Shown here piece by piece: positions 13,591 to 29,094 of a DNA stretch of 64,000 bases. Made by a program: the position numbers and the translations under genes. The notes beneath the pieces were generated by a model that ran no database searches, had not been told where the DNA came from, and saw only the letters and a list, made by a program, of their open reading frames with translations. Position 1 is the first letter of the stretch. Each line of letters begins with the position of its first letter. The stretch is from Eledone cirrhosa (Eukaryota): contig OZ024747.1 in assembly GCA_964016885.1 (NCBI GenBank), forward strand, positions 44,330,001-44,394,000. Direction: 5' to 3'.

Positions 13591-16175
13591 CTTCTTTAAA
13601 TAAATGGGGAAAAAAATAATAACCTTAGCAGATTTGACAAATAATGTAACAATCATTCCTATATACTCTCATCAATGTTTCTTTTTCGTTTCTTTTGTTT
13701 TCTTTTATTAAATATGTATAAGACAGCCCCTTGCCGAACTCAAACAGTGTTTGAAATGTTGAAAATCTATTGAAAACAGTTATGGGAAATATAATAGTTT
13801 TTAATTAATGACTAAATGCATTTTATGTCCAATTTTTTTCCCGTCTCTGGAGCTACATTACTCGATTTTTTTCCCTTGTTATTTACAGAGATCGACTATT
13901 ATTATGGTCAATTGCGTTGGGACACACGCAGTGTAAATTTCATTTTAATACGTTTAATTCTTAATCTCTTTAATATATATTTAAAAAAAAAAAAAAAAAA
14001 AATCAACAATACCCAATGTTATTTATTAAAAGCATTATGTTTTGTTATGAAGATAGATTTGTAAATCTTATTATAAACGGGCAAGTTGAAATTCTTCCAA
14101 TCATTCACATATCGATCTAACACACGACGGTATTGTTCGTGTGTGCGTGGCCTGGCCTTATATTATATATATACAACTACAGTCTTAAAATCGTGGCGAT
14201 GGTTGTATTCCATAAATCTGCTACGAAAATGGAACATAATTACTGTTTGAAATGATAGAAGTATAAGTTAGTTAAAAATGAAAGACTTCTTCAATTAGAA
14301 TTCAACGATATATTATACATATTCAGAGAAACTCTTTTTTTTTTTCGCCACCTTCACCCCCACTATATATATATATATACACCCACACACACATACATAT
14401 ATATACACACATATACACACATACATATATATATACACACACACACACATATATATACACACACACACACATATATATACACACACACACACATATATAT
14501 ACACACACACACACACATATATACACACACACATACATATATATACACACATACATATATATATACACACACATACATATATATATACACACACATACAC
14601 ATATATATACACACACATACACATATATATACACACACATACACATATATATACACACACATACACATATATATACACACACATACACATATATATACAC
14701 ACACATACATATATATACACACACATATACATATACACACACATATACATATATATACACACACATATACATATATATACACACACATATACATATATAT
14801 ACACACACATATACACACATATATATACACACACATATATATATATATATATACACCTTTCTCTTTCTATCTCGATATATATACATATATATATATATAT
14901 ACACCTTTCTCTTTCTATCTCGATATATATGTATATATATATAACATATATATACCTTTCTTTTCCTCTCTCTCGATATATATAATCTCTCTTTCTCTCT
15001 CTCTCTACACGCACGCATAATTACACACACACACACACCTATTACAAACGTCATTTAATCTTACAATTTATAATCAGTTAATATATCCAAGTAAGAGACA
15101 AGTAAAATCAATAAAACACAAGTAATAATTACTATTAATTAGTTAGTTATGTTATTATCTAGTAATGTTTTCTATATTTATTTATCTATATTATTAACGA
15201 GAGACGAACAGTCTGATGGAATGTACAGTAATGATAAGAAAATGAACAAAAACAGAGGTGAAGCCCTAAGTTTAGCGTGTGTAGCTTAGTTAATTTAATA
15301 TAAATACAATAGACCGAAGCTAAAGAATAAAAATAAAGGTGAAATCTTTAAATAGGGAGAGTTGAGGAAGAAAAAAGAAGAGATTTTAAATAAATGCGTA
15401 AAAAGTGTCGTAATGAGACCAGCTCAATCAATGCCTGCCACTGCTTCTCAATGATTCAATAGAATATATATACAATAACACGACGACCACCCACAGAATT
15501 TACCTGCATAAAGGTAACAGATAATATAATATATATATATATATATATTATATATATTACGTATTTCCAGCTATCATAGTGGAAAAAAAAAATAAGACGT
15601 AAAATGACGCAGACGAATGAAATATAAATCAATATGCAGAGGCGAAAGACTATATGGAAGCTATGTGTAAAAAGAAGTTTTATTAAAGTCTACATTGTGC
15701 ATGATTTCTGTTCAATAGCTTCTTCCATGTCGACCTGCTTCAAAGTAAAGGGAGATAACCCTCTGATAAACGACAGCCGTCAGCACAATACACGATCCGA
15801 CAAAATTATTATACATATCAACCATTAATTCATTAGTATTTAGCTAATAGCTTGACACATTACTTCATTATCTAGTTTCGATTAAAATTTAAACTATTAT
15901 GAAAAATGATAAGTTAGCAAAACGTTCACTAGGGATATAATTATTCATGTCAGACAGATATGGAAGTGTACGGTACTTTTTTTTTTTTTTTTTTTTTTTA
16001 TGGCAAACACTAATTTGATCGACGGAGATAATGAAAAAAAATATTAAGAAATTTCACAATTTTCACAATAACTTGGAAATTAAAACAGTACAGAAATAGA
16101 GACATTTTCTTCTTTTCATGTAGTGAAATCATTATAGATAAATAATCCTAAAAATAATACTGAGGTACGATAGAA

Positions 16176-16211
<36 letters not shown>

Positions 16212-16426
16212 GATTGCGTGTGTATATAAACGAGCTATCTGTAAAATATGAACGATGTTCAGCACTAGACACTGCTGCATGAATGAGAGATTGTATTAGC
16301 AATCCCGTGTGTGTATATATCTATCTCTATATGTGTGTGTGTGTGTATCTATAAATAAAAGGGATTCTGTCTGTGTGTGTGTGTATGTTTGATGGTAACG
16401 TGGGAGTTTCCCCATTCAAAACTTAC

Positions 16427-17265
16427 CTCACTCGGCACCGCGGTCAACATCTGGAATTAAGAGGCACCATCACCTGCCTGCCTGCCGGTCACCAGGCACA
16501 GAAATGATTTCAAATACACACTTCAGACATGGCTAGAGAGATAGACAGCAGGGGTGGAGTACAGTGGTGTTGTTACTACAGTCCTAGTGAATACTAACAA
16601 CAACAACAGTAAGAGCAGTAGCAGCAGGTGAATCAAAGATGAGTGGAACAACACTAAGTGGAGCCAATAAACTCTTCTTCCCATGACTCCCTGTTTGGAG
16701 GGAGGGAAATCTATCTGGGAGTGTGAGAAGTAGTATAACAGTATAGTGCGGCGCACAAAAGCAGTAGGAAAGATTGCCGACTGAGTTACATATAATAATA
16801 TAATATGGAGGAGAAACCGGTCTGACAATAGACGGTTGTAATAGCAGGAATATTTAGTTGCTGGAATGGTTGTCGCTTTTAGATTGGATAAAATCTGGCA
16901 GTGGTAATAGAGAAAAGAAACACCTCACTGCAAACCGACTACATTACATGGGAATATCTTATTAAGGAACCGCTACATCGTTTCAATGGCCAACAGTTGT
17001 TACCAATGGAGAGGAGAGGCCAGCCTATGTATGGTGTTAAATAATATAAGGAAGGGGGAGAGGAGGAAAATCCTGTGAAAGAGGGAGGAGGTGGAGAAGG
17101 AGGAGTGACAAAAGGACAGCAGACGCCAAGAGATGCCAAAGGTACCTCCCTCATTCATACCATACATTTAACTAAGTCCACCGACAAAAAACAACAACCA
17201 CCTTCTTTATTTAACACCAGCAACAACAACCTGCTAACTTGGATGACTAACGTATACATGCACAA
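16427..17265 (-). other. Candidate spliced exon (non-coding or 5' UTR, possibly ending in ATG-TTG-ACC-GCG-GTG-CCG-AGT-GAG)
   Basis: On the minus strand: ctgat branch-like site, long polypyrimidine tract and AG at 17267-17266, and consensus donor GAG|GTAAGT at 16427/16426. Unique, more GC-rich sequence. Confidence 0.35.
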
Positions 17266-17544
17266 CTACCACAGAAAAAAAAGAAAAGAAAAGAAAAGAA
17301 AAAAAGAAAAACATCAGTAAACACATGTACACACTCTCAATATACAGTTCGGGGGGGGGGGGATATATCTGTTTGGCAAGCAACTGAAAAACTAATGATA
17401 TCTTTCATTAAAAGCAACTGAAAAAAAAAAATGACTTTTTTTAACGTTCCCAGACACTGTCATCTTGTGTTGGGTGTCTGGGGAAGGCTGTTGGACCTCC
17501 GTCACTTCCGACGACGAGTGTCGCCAGACGATCGCCCAACGGAA

Positions 17545-17797
17545 CAGCCTGCTCTAAAAATTAACGTGCAAGTGGCTGAGCATTCCACAGACTCGTGTAC
17601 CCAAAACGTAGTTCTCTCAGCATGACGCAAGTTTGACAAGACTGGCCCTTTGAATTACAGGTATAACTCCATTTTTACCAGCTGAGTGGACTGGAGCAAC
17701 GTGAAATACAGTGTCTTGCTCAAGGACACAACGCGCTGCCAGGAGTCGAACTCACAATCCTACAATCGTGAGCCGATTACCGTAACCGCTAAGCCAC
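17545..17797 (-). mobile_element. tRNA-headed CORE-type SINE, second subfamily
   Basis: Reverse complement has gtggcttagcggtta...gagttcgactcc and ccttgagcaagacactg; paralogs at 48228-48545 and ~53975-54110. Confidence 0.75.
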
Positions 17798-19722
17798 ACA
17801 CACACTTTCACTATCTAGGGGATATGCTAACGATGAAAGGACTTCGTTGACAAGGCTAAAGTTTTCAACTTTAATAGGGGGAAGGGGGAGAAAACCAAAA
17901 GAAAAACAAGGATTTACAGTTAATTGTTCTTTCTTATTGCATTGAAAATGGCTACATTTTCTTGTCTAAATCTTTATTACTATAATTTAGTAAATTACGG
18001 AGTAAACTAATAAAAAATCTGTTTGTAAAAGTGGATATAATACCAGATTTTTTTTTTCTCTCTGGAAAGGATCTGATGTTTATTATTTTATCCAATGCTC
18101 AGTGATCTGAATAAAATAACATATTGGAAGAAATATGATGAATTCCTATATTTACATCAATATCACATAGAATTTGCTAAGAAAACACAGGTAAGATCGA
18201 GAAAAATGAAAGAAGAAAATATACAAGTTTAAATTCTCTTTTCCATCATTTCATATTTCACTGTGTATAGATATGTAGTCTAACGGAATATATTTTTGTT
18301 GTCTGTCAGTAGAAAAATATATGCAGTACCACTGCTTTGTCTATGCAGTAAATGTGCAGTCATGATTGCATTGATTGCAGATCAGCAATCGACTTGAATA
18401 ACTGCAGACAGAATATAGATTAGAAGTGAATACAATAGTCTGCATTAAACATACTGCTGCTACTATTTTTATGCAGATTTAACTTTCCAAACAGACAGAA
18501 ACATGTTTAGCTATGAGAGAATTCCATGTATTTCAGTATTTTGTATTTTTAGTATAACATCTTTGTTAAATGTGCATGAGAAATAAAACAGTCCATGAGT
18601 TAAAACTGTAAAAGATTTAAAGAATTGTTTTTATTTCAGTTTTGAATATATGCTCAATTAGAAAACTTTATATGGGTATTTTTCATATTAATGTAGATGT
18701 TTTATAATTCTATTATCAAACTAAAGAATTACAAGCTTTCCATAACCAACTCCAGTGATTTCATCATCAATTCAGTATGTAGTTTTTCAATTTTCAGAAT
18801 GTATAATTTGGTACACTGCTGTCAGCCACACCAATCACTTAAGCTACTATCATTACCAAACATTTTATTGATTAAAAAAAAACAAAAAACAAAAAAAAAA
18901 CCGAATGTTGGGGAGTTCCTATCAATCTAAGCTTCTGCTACAAATCTTAAACTTACTTTCTTCCATTGATACTTCAAGTATTTAAATGAAATAAGTAAAG
19001 TTAAAAAAATGAGCTTTATTGACTATTTTAATAAAATAGTAATTTTATGAATTTAAACTAGGTAAAATTAGAAATACTATCAAATTAATAAATTTGCTAG
19101 TGTGGTATGCTACATACCAATGAAGTAATGTAACTACTACATATTGTTGCAATATAACACACTGCATATGTATTTGAGATATATTTAGAAAGGGATATGT
19201 TTGAAGGCAAATAAACACTATACAAAACAAAAAAGAGAAAAGAAGGGGTAAAAGACACACACACACAGTCACAAGGAGCAGTGGATTTTCCCTCTAATAT
19301 TTTTTTAGGCAAATTGAAGAGGTGACTCGTACCCATTGGATATGTAGAGACAAGTCTGAATGTTGGAAAAATGTTTTTAAAGAAGAATAGTCAAAGACCA
19401 TCAGTACTTTGGGATACTGCAAAACTGTCAAAACTGCTCCACCCCCACCCTGCCCCACCAAACAGATTTTGGAACATTGATAAAAAGATATAATTGGTGT
19501 GTGTATGAATTGATTGCAGAAACTATACAAGATTAGAATAGTAATTTATACAACACTACACTTGCCAAGAATTAATTATTTTTAAGAGTACTGAGGTAGT
19601 GAATAAAATGAAGTTACGATACATGAGGGCAGAGAAATTAGAAGAAGCTTCTATATACTTATTGATTAAATACTATATCAATGACCTAATGCCATTGATA
19701 TAGTATTTCATCAAGAAATAAT

Positions 19723-19852
19723 TGTTTCTACTTTAGGCACAAGGCCAGCAATTACCCAGTACATTACTGGTACTTTATTTTATCGACCCCGTAAGGATGA
19801 AAGGCAAAATTAACCTCGGCGGGATTTGAACTCAGACTGTAAAGGGACGTAA
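19723..19852 (-). mobile_element. 5'-truncated Meta-type SINE with 25-bp TSD
   Basis: atatagtatttcatcaagaaataat at 19698-19722 and 19853-19877. Confidence 0.85.
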
Positions 19853-19929
19853 ATATAGTATTTCATCAAGAAATAATGTCAGGATGTATTGATAATTAAC
19901 ATTATATTTTATTAAAAGATTGGATTAAA

Positions 19930-20162
19930 TCTTCCATTACCATATTTTAATGAAAGACACTCTAGGATTTTCGAAATAATCAAGAATTTGTAGTGATTTA
20001 GTAACATAACTAACTTTTTCATTATCAAACTAGTGTTTGGAGCATAACTTAACAAAGGTTCTTACATAATATTATGATGGAATGATTTTAGATAAATATA
20101 AACTCTTTAAAATATACAATTTAGTATGATGTTTTCTGACAGTTTGATATGGAAAGGGTTAA
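19930..20162. mobile_element. piggyBac-like MITE copy
   Basis: Ends aaagggttaa; internal similarity to 37123 and 38224 copies. Confidence 0.55.
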
Positions 20163-20474
20163 ATTTAAGTTATTTTCTGATTTTCCCAATTAGGATGATA
20201 TTTATACTCATCAGAAGTAAGAAGAAACTTGCAAAATATATCAATCATATAAATATTTGACTCTGAAAAAACACTGATAGCATTTTCACTTTCACACTTG
20301 AACAATTAATAAACAGATATCTATAATTAATGATGATGAATAGTGAAATATAATTTCCACTAAATTTCTCTTCTAGTTAGAAGTTTGTTACACAGCAGAG
20401 TTGAAAGTAGAATGCTTACACAGCATAAGAAGAACCCTTGTGGGATTTCTAAACATATTCTTAGGCTCATAAGA

Positions 20475-20700
20475 GTTGGTGGATTGGCAGAGGCATTAGA
20501 GTTGGACAAATGCTTAGCAGTATTTATTCCAGCTATCTATATTCTGAGTCCAAATCCCACCGAGGTCTACTTTGTTTTCCATCCTTCTGGGGTTGGTAAA
20601 ATAAAGTACTGAGGTTGCTATAACTGACTTTTACCCTCACCCTACCACACCACCAAATCTGATGGTCTTGGGCCTTGGGCCCAAATTAGAAATTGTTATT
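20475..20700 (+). mobile_element. Diverged near-full-length Meta-type SINE
   Basis: ggtggattggcag head, ctgagtccaaatccc B-box, catccttctggggttggtaaa. Confidence 0.65.
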
Positions 20701-22084
20701 GGATAAATGGATATATTTACCCAACAAAAATAATCAAATAAAACATTAGTTATATTCATGAAAAAAACAACAACAAAAAAACTTTTGTTCTTTGAGAATT
20801 GTTAACAATTAGTGCTATCTTTGTTTTCTTTCTCCAATTAAGGATTTTTTTCTATTGCCTGCAATATTCAGTATATCATCCCTTAACTTACAAGAAAATA
20901 TTTACTTTAAGAGCAGTGAAAGTCAAAATAAATACTACAAATGTTTAGAAGTTATATTATTTCTATACATTTAAACAGATTGAGTTTTAATTAACTAACA
21001 AATTGCATCCAGAATTCACTTTACAATAAGGTTTCATTTTTTTTTAATTTAGATTCAAAATATAGTTATATATTTTTTTCAATCATTTAAGTAGGGGAAA
21101 TAACTCTCAATTAGTTATATATTTTTTTTACTTGTGTGAGTGAAAAGAGAAAAAAAAAAGTTTCTTTCAAGCTTTATGTAAGACAGACTGAAGCGAGTGT
21201 ACCACGGACACAACTACAGTGGTGTAAGTATTATCACATAAGCGGAGTATTTAATATGATAAAGATATTATATTATTTGATATAATAATTAAGATGATCT
21301 GAAATCCAGGAAATTGTAATTATATATATATATATTCTGATTATTATCCAGTAAACTATTTCTTGACTCAATATACTACGGGGGTGGTAGTTGTGTACAT
21401 AGTTAAACCTCAGCCAAGTTAATGGTGAGACCTGAATTGTTATAATATCTAATGAGGGTCTCTAGCACAACTCAAATTTTGCCATAATTAGCTAATTGCT
21501 AATAACAATAGTATTAAGGAAAAAAATTAATTGATAAGATGTTAATACAAAATACTGTAATCTACTGACAATTTTGGTTTTAATAAATGCAAAAATAAAC
21601 ACATGAATATATTGATAATCCAGTGAATAAATGATGAGCAAATAGTAAAATTTAAAATAATACATCTACTAAACATGCAGAATAATAAGATAGTTAGTAG
21701 TAAAATTAAAATTTTAAGAATTTGGTTTTCCAACTGGCATAAACAAATCCTTTGAGGAATAATACGTTAAGCCGAAGTGATACATCAACATAAATCTGCA
21801 ATAAAAGGGGGATGAATTGTAATAACTCCCACCCATGTAACAAGGTACACCTATAGTCTCCCAGCAAGCTTCAAATAGAAATCAATCTCTTCCTGATATA
21901 CCCAACTCAATAGGATGATATTCTGGTACTTTAGCTCCACCTTAAATAATAGACACCCATATTTCAGCAATAGTCGCATTCAAAACTATCGCAAGTTAGG
22001 AAAATATTCTCGTGTATCTGAAAATTTTACAAACAGATATTTCGAATTGAAACCTCTTCTTAATAATAATAATAATAATAATGA

Positions 22085-22582
22085 TTTCTTTATTAGCCAC
22101 ACAGGGCTAACATTAAGGAAACATTAAAGACAGTACAGTGTGAGGTTTTTTTGTGTAAAATAAAATTTATAACAGAAAATAAACATTAAAAAAAAACAAT
22201 TACTCAAAGGTGAGGAGACTCCAAGGGCTACTCATGGGGAAAGCCAACAAAAGCCACGGCCCCCTGAGTGCTAGGGCAAGCACCCTCTCCCAGTTGTCCT
22301 CCTTCAATACTACAGGCACATGTTCAGGGAAGGCCCATTCACATGGGCCATTCTTGCTTTTCTCACCCACCTTTCAACAAACTGGGTAGAAAGCAGCACT
22401 TCCCTCTCCACCCTGATTTTCCTTCTCAGGTGAAACCTGAAAAAGTTAATGAGAATGTTGCCGAAGAGGAAAGTGCCCGTCTTCAACCCTTTCAGATGTG
22501 TCCACCATATGACCTCTTTCACCATGGTCATCAGGCAGATAAGAACAGCCTGCCCTTCCTGGTTAAAGGAAGACAACGGGAT
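22085..22582 (-). mobile_element. 5'-truncated Tx1/L1-clade LINE (ORF2 C-terminus plus 3' UTR)
   Basis: ORF 22310..22633 KEVIWWTHLKG...FFRFHLRRKIRVEREVL...FVERW resembles the L1/Tx1 ORF2 end. AATAAA on the minus strand near 22090. (AAT)n on both sides. Confidence 0.7.
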
Positions 22583-22583
22583 G

Positions 22584-22617
<34 letters not shown>

Positions 22618-22618
<1 letters not shown>

Positions 22619-22724
22619 TTCTACTTTAGGCACCAGGCCAGCAATTTTAGGGGAGGAGAAAGTCGATTAAATCGACCCCAGTGTGTGACTGGTACTTTAT
22701 TTTATCAACTCCATAAGGATGAAA
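22618..22724 (-). mobile_element. Meta-type SINE fragment with (ATT)n tail
   Basis: ggccagcaatttt...atcgaccccagt...ctggtactttattttatc. Confidence 0.7.
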
Positions 22725-22950
22725 ATAATAATAGTAATAATATATTTTGAATATCTTTATTGTATATTAATTAAGAAGCAGAGCAATTAAATATATTTAT
22801 GCTTGTAATATTTTGAATGGATCTCTTTGAAAATGATTTTTCTGTAAAATATTAAGGAATTAAAAGTTTTTTAAGCTTCATCTTAACCACTAGGTCATGC
22901 TACATGTAATGAATGCAGTTACAGTACAGTGTGTTAACATTAGTATAGAT

Positions 22951-23410
22951 TTAACCCTTTCAATACCTACTGGACTCTGGTTCTATAATATGTAACCTCT
23001 TCTGAAGTGTTCATACATAACTTAAAATATTCCATTGCAATTTTATCTACGAACCTCATATTAAGTTATATTCTAAACATCAGTTTCATAATGATAAAAT
23101 TTAAGTTTTTTTCCTAAATTCCTCAAACACTTTTTATTTTCAAAATTAATTGAAACACAAAGAGAGTGTATTTCATTATAAATACAATACAATTAACCCT
23201 TTCATCATCATATTTCTAATGAAAGACGACCTAGGGCTTTCAAATAATTTTGAAACTTTTCAAGACTTTGGAAGGATTTAGTAATATAACTAAATTTCTC
23301 ATTATTAACCTGGTGATCGGAATGTAACTTAACAATGGTCATTAGACTTTAAAACAGATATTTTCATATCATAGAACCAGGTCCAGTTTCAGGAGGTTTG
23401 GTTTCCAATT
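22951..23410. mobile_element. Two adjacent piggyBac-like MITE copies in opposite orientation
   Basis: ttaaccctttt at 22951 and ttaaccctttc at 23193; internal similarity to the family. Confidence 0.5.
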
Positions 23411-24157
23411 GTTAAGAATACTTTCAAAGTTATCTTTTAATTGAAATCTACAAATATTTGCTATTCAAACTTACAATTTGATAGTTTGTGAACAGTCCAC
23501 TTACTTCTACAGCTACCATCTATCTCACTTTCTTTACATATTTCTTCTGAAACACACTGCCTATGATTGAAACATTACTTAACATTACAATAAATTATGA
23601 TTTTTAGAGAATTATAAATAACTTAAAATAAACACAATAGTATTGCAAAAGTGGGGCTGATCTCAGGCAGTTTGGTATCAAAAGGGTTACAACAAAATGT
23701 CTTTCAATCAACTTTAGAAGCTTTGGATTCTTTCAGATTCATATTAAATGCTTGAAAGATTATACAAGTAATTTCCTAAAGATTATGTGTTGGGAAGTGG
23801 GCATGTGTGTGTGTGTAACCAGTAAATATCTATTTTTAATACAGAGCAACAAAAAATAAGTATTAAAATTCATTTTTATCTGGAGAGAATAGGTAGATCA
23901 TATCCATGTGTGTCATAAGAAGGGACTGAAAAAGTTAGTATCAGGAAGGCCATCTGGCTGAAAAATATTACCTAAACAATTCCTGTTCAAGCCCATGCAT
24001 GAGTATAAAAGCCAGCATATACACAATGATGATAAGTATGATGATGATGAACTAACAAATTGTTGTGTCCATCTGAAAATATTACTTAAAATAACAAAAT
24101 ATATATTTATGTATGGGAATGTGGATGTGTCTCTGTGCGCATGTATGTATGTTTGAG

Positions 24158-24203
<46 letters not shown>

Positions 24204-24282
24204 TATATGTATATATATATATGTATATATGTATATATGTATATATATATGTATATATGTATATATATATATGTATATATAT

Positions 24283-24601
24283 CATTTCATTTTTCATTTC
24301 ATTTTACGTCAGCTTTTCCCTGCTTGCAAGGGTGGGACGGGAACTGATTCTGGCTTGATTTCTACAGCTGGATGCCCTTCCTAACACCAACCTCATTTAC
24401 AGTGAGTGCTTTTTTGCCGTGGCACCTCCACGAATGATAGGGATCCCGGTCCCTATAATCTCATTTCTACAGCTGAGTAAACTGGAGCAATGTGAAATAA
24501 AGTGTCTTGCTCAAGGAAACAACACATCACCCGGTCTGAGAATTGAACTCACAACCTTTCGATTGCAAAGCCAATGCTCTAACCACTAAGCCATGTGCCT
24601 C
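24283..24601 (-). mobile_element. CORE-type SINE, short-tail variant
   Basis: Reverse complement of gaggcacatggcttagtggttagagc...; CORE-like segment. Confidence 0.85.
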
Positions 24602-27229
<2,628 letters not shown>

Positions 27230-27680
27230 GGAGGCACATGGCTTAGTGGTTAGAGCATTGGCCTTGCAATCAAAAGGTTGTGAGTTCAATTCTCAGACCG
27301 GGTGATGTGTTGTTTCCTTGAGCAAGACACATTATTTCACATTGCTCCAGTTTACTCCAGTTTACTCAGAGTGCCACGGCAAAAAAGCACCCACCACTCA
27401 CTGTAAATGAGGTTGGAGTTAGGAAGGGCATCCAGCCAGAATCAGTCATACGACATGTCTAGCCCTTTAATGTTCAAACAGGCCAAAACCGGCCAGAATT
27501 CTCTACATTTTTCTGTTGAAACTGGCTGTAACTGGTCACTCAAATTGATGTTAAGGTATTGTTCTCAAAATAAATACTTTCAAAATCTCATAGATTCGAA
27601 ATCAAGCCAGAATCAGTTCCCGTCCCACCTTGCAAGCAGGGAAAAGCGGCGGACGTAAAATGAAATGATGATGATGATGA
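27230..27680 (+). mobile_element. CORE-type SINE with internal deletion and a 155-bp insertion (27445-27599)
   Basis: tRNA-like head at 27230; tail resumes at ~27601 and ends in (ATG)n. Confidence 0.8.
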
Positions 27681-27932
27681 TATATATAATAAACATATAA
27701 ACGTCTAAATACACACACACACATATATATATACACATACACACACATATATATACACATACACATATATATATATATATTATAAACACCCCTTTTTTTT
27801 TTTAAATTCTTACTCTGTCATATTAAAGAAAAAAAAGGTACTTTAAATATACTCTCTGTGCTGTTTCTACTTTTACTTTTTACATATAATCTTTGATATG
27901 TATGGAACATTATCCCCCTTTACATATATATA

Positions 27933-27998
<66 letters not shown>

Positions 27999-28002
27999 TA
28001 TA

Positions 28003-28140
28003 TTGGACAGGTCCTATTCAGCACAGCATCTCTCCACTTGTCACGGTCCTTCGTCAGCTCCTCGGAGAGTTTCAGTGATCTGAGGTCTGCTCTCACCACC
28101 TCCACCCATGTTTTTCGGAGGTGGTGAGAGCAGACCTCAG
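28003..28140 (-). mobile_element. RTE LINE 3' fragment
   Basis: [33 protein letters not shown], a typical RTE ORF end. Confidence 0.7.
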
Positions 28141-28777
28141 ATATAAATATATATATATATAGATATAAATATATATACATATACATATAAATATATATAC
28201 ATATATATAGATTTTCATATATATAGATATATATAGATATATAAATATATATACATATACATATATCTGTAGAAAACCCGCCAGACAGTCCTATGCGAGC
28301 AAGACAACCACTCTTGCCTCAAGTGGGAAAACCCCCGTCCAAACCCATGCAAGCGTGGAACACGGACGCTAGACCTGATGATGATGATGATGATGATATA
28401 TAGATATAAATACATATACATATATATAGAAATAAATGTATATATATAGATATAAATGTAGATATAAATATATATACATATACATATAAATATATATACA
28501 TATATATAGATTTTCATATATATAGATAGATATATATACATATATATAGATACATATACATATATATATAGATATATAAATACATATACATATACATATA
28601 TATAGATATAAATACATATACATATATATAGATATAAATGTATATACATATGAACATATATAGATATAAATATATATACATACATATACATATTTATAGA
28701 TATAAATACATATACATATATATATAGATATAAATACATATATATATAGATATATATATATATATAGATGTAGATAC

Positions 28778-28814
<37 letters not shown>

Positions 28815-29094
28815 GAGGTTATATTTAATTTGTTGGGATTCAACAAGCTTAAAAATGTATATATATATATATAAAAGATAAAGATCCCATAATTCCTTGT
28901 GGAGTCGTACAGGCACCGTCATACGACATGTCTAGCCCTTTAATGTTCAAACAGGACAAAACCGGCCAGAATTTTCTACCTTTTTCTGTAGAAACTGGCT
29001 GTAACTGGTCACTCAAATTGATGTTAAGGTATTGTTCTCAAAATAAATACTTTCAAAATCTCATAGATTCGATATTATGTGAGGTAATTATGCA

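Larger units (their letters stand above)
1..16836. repeat. Giant inverted repeat (palindrome), ~8.4 kb arms, apex ~8399-8449
   Basis: Base 1 onward (accgtctattgtcagaccgg) is the reverse complement of the sequence ending at 16836. Mirrored ORF pairs: 9..314/16523..16828, 6369..6662/10185..10478, 6538..6768/10079..10309. Confidence 0.97.

Noticed and set aside
18070-18190. Possible + strand exon (pyrimidine tract-AG ... CAG|GTAAGA)
   Set aside because: Stops in all three frames; splice-like motifs alone are too weak in AT-rich DNA
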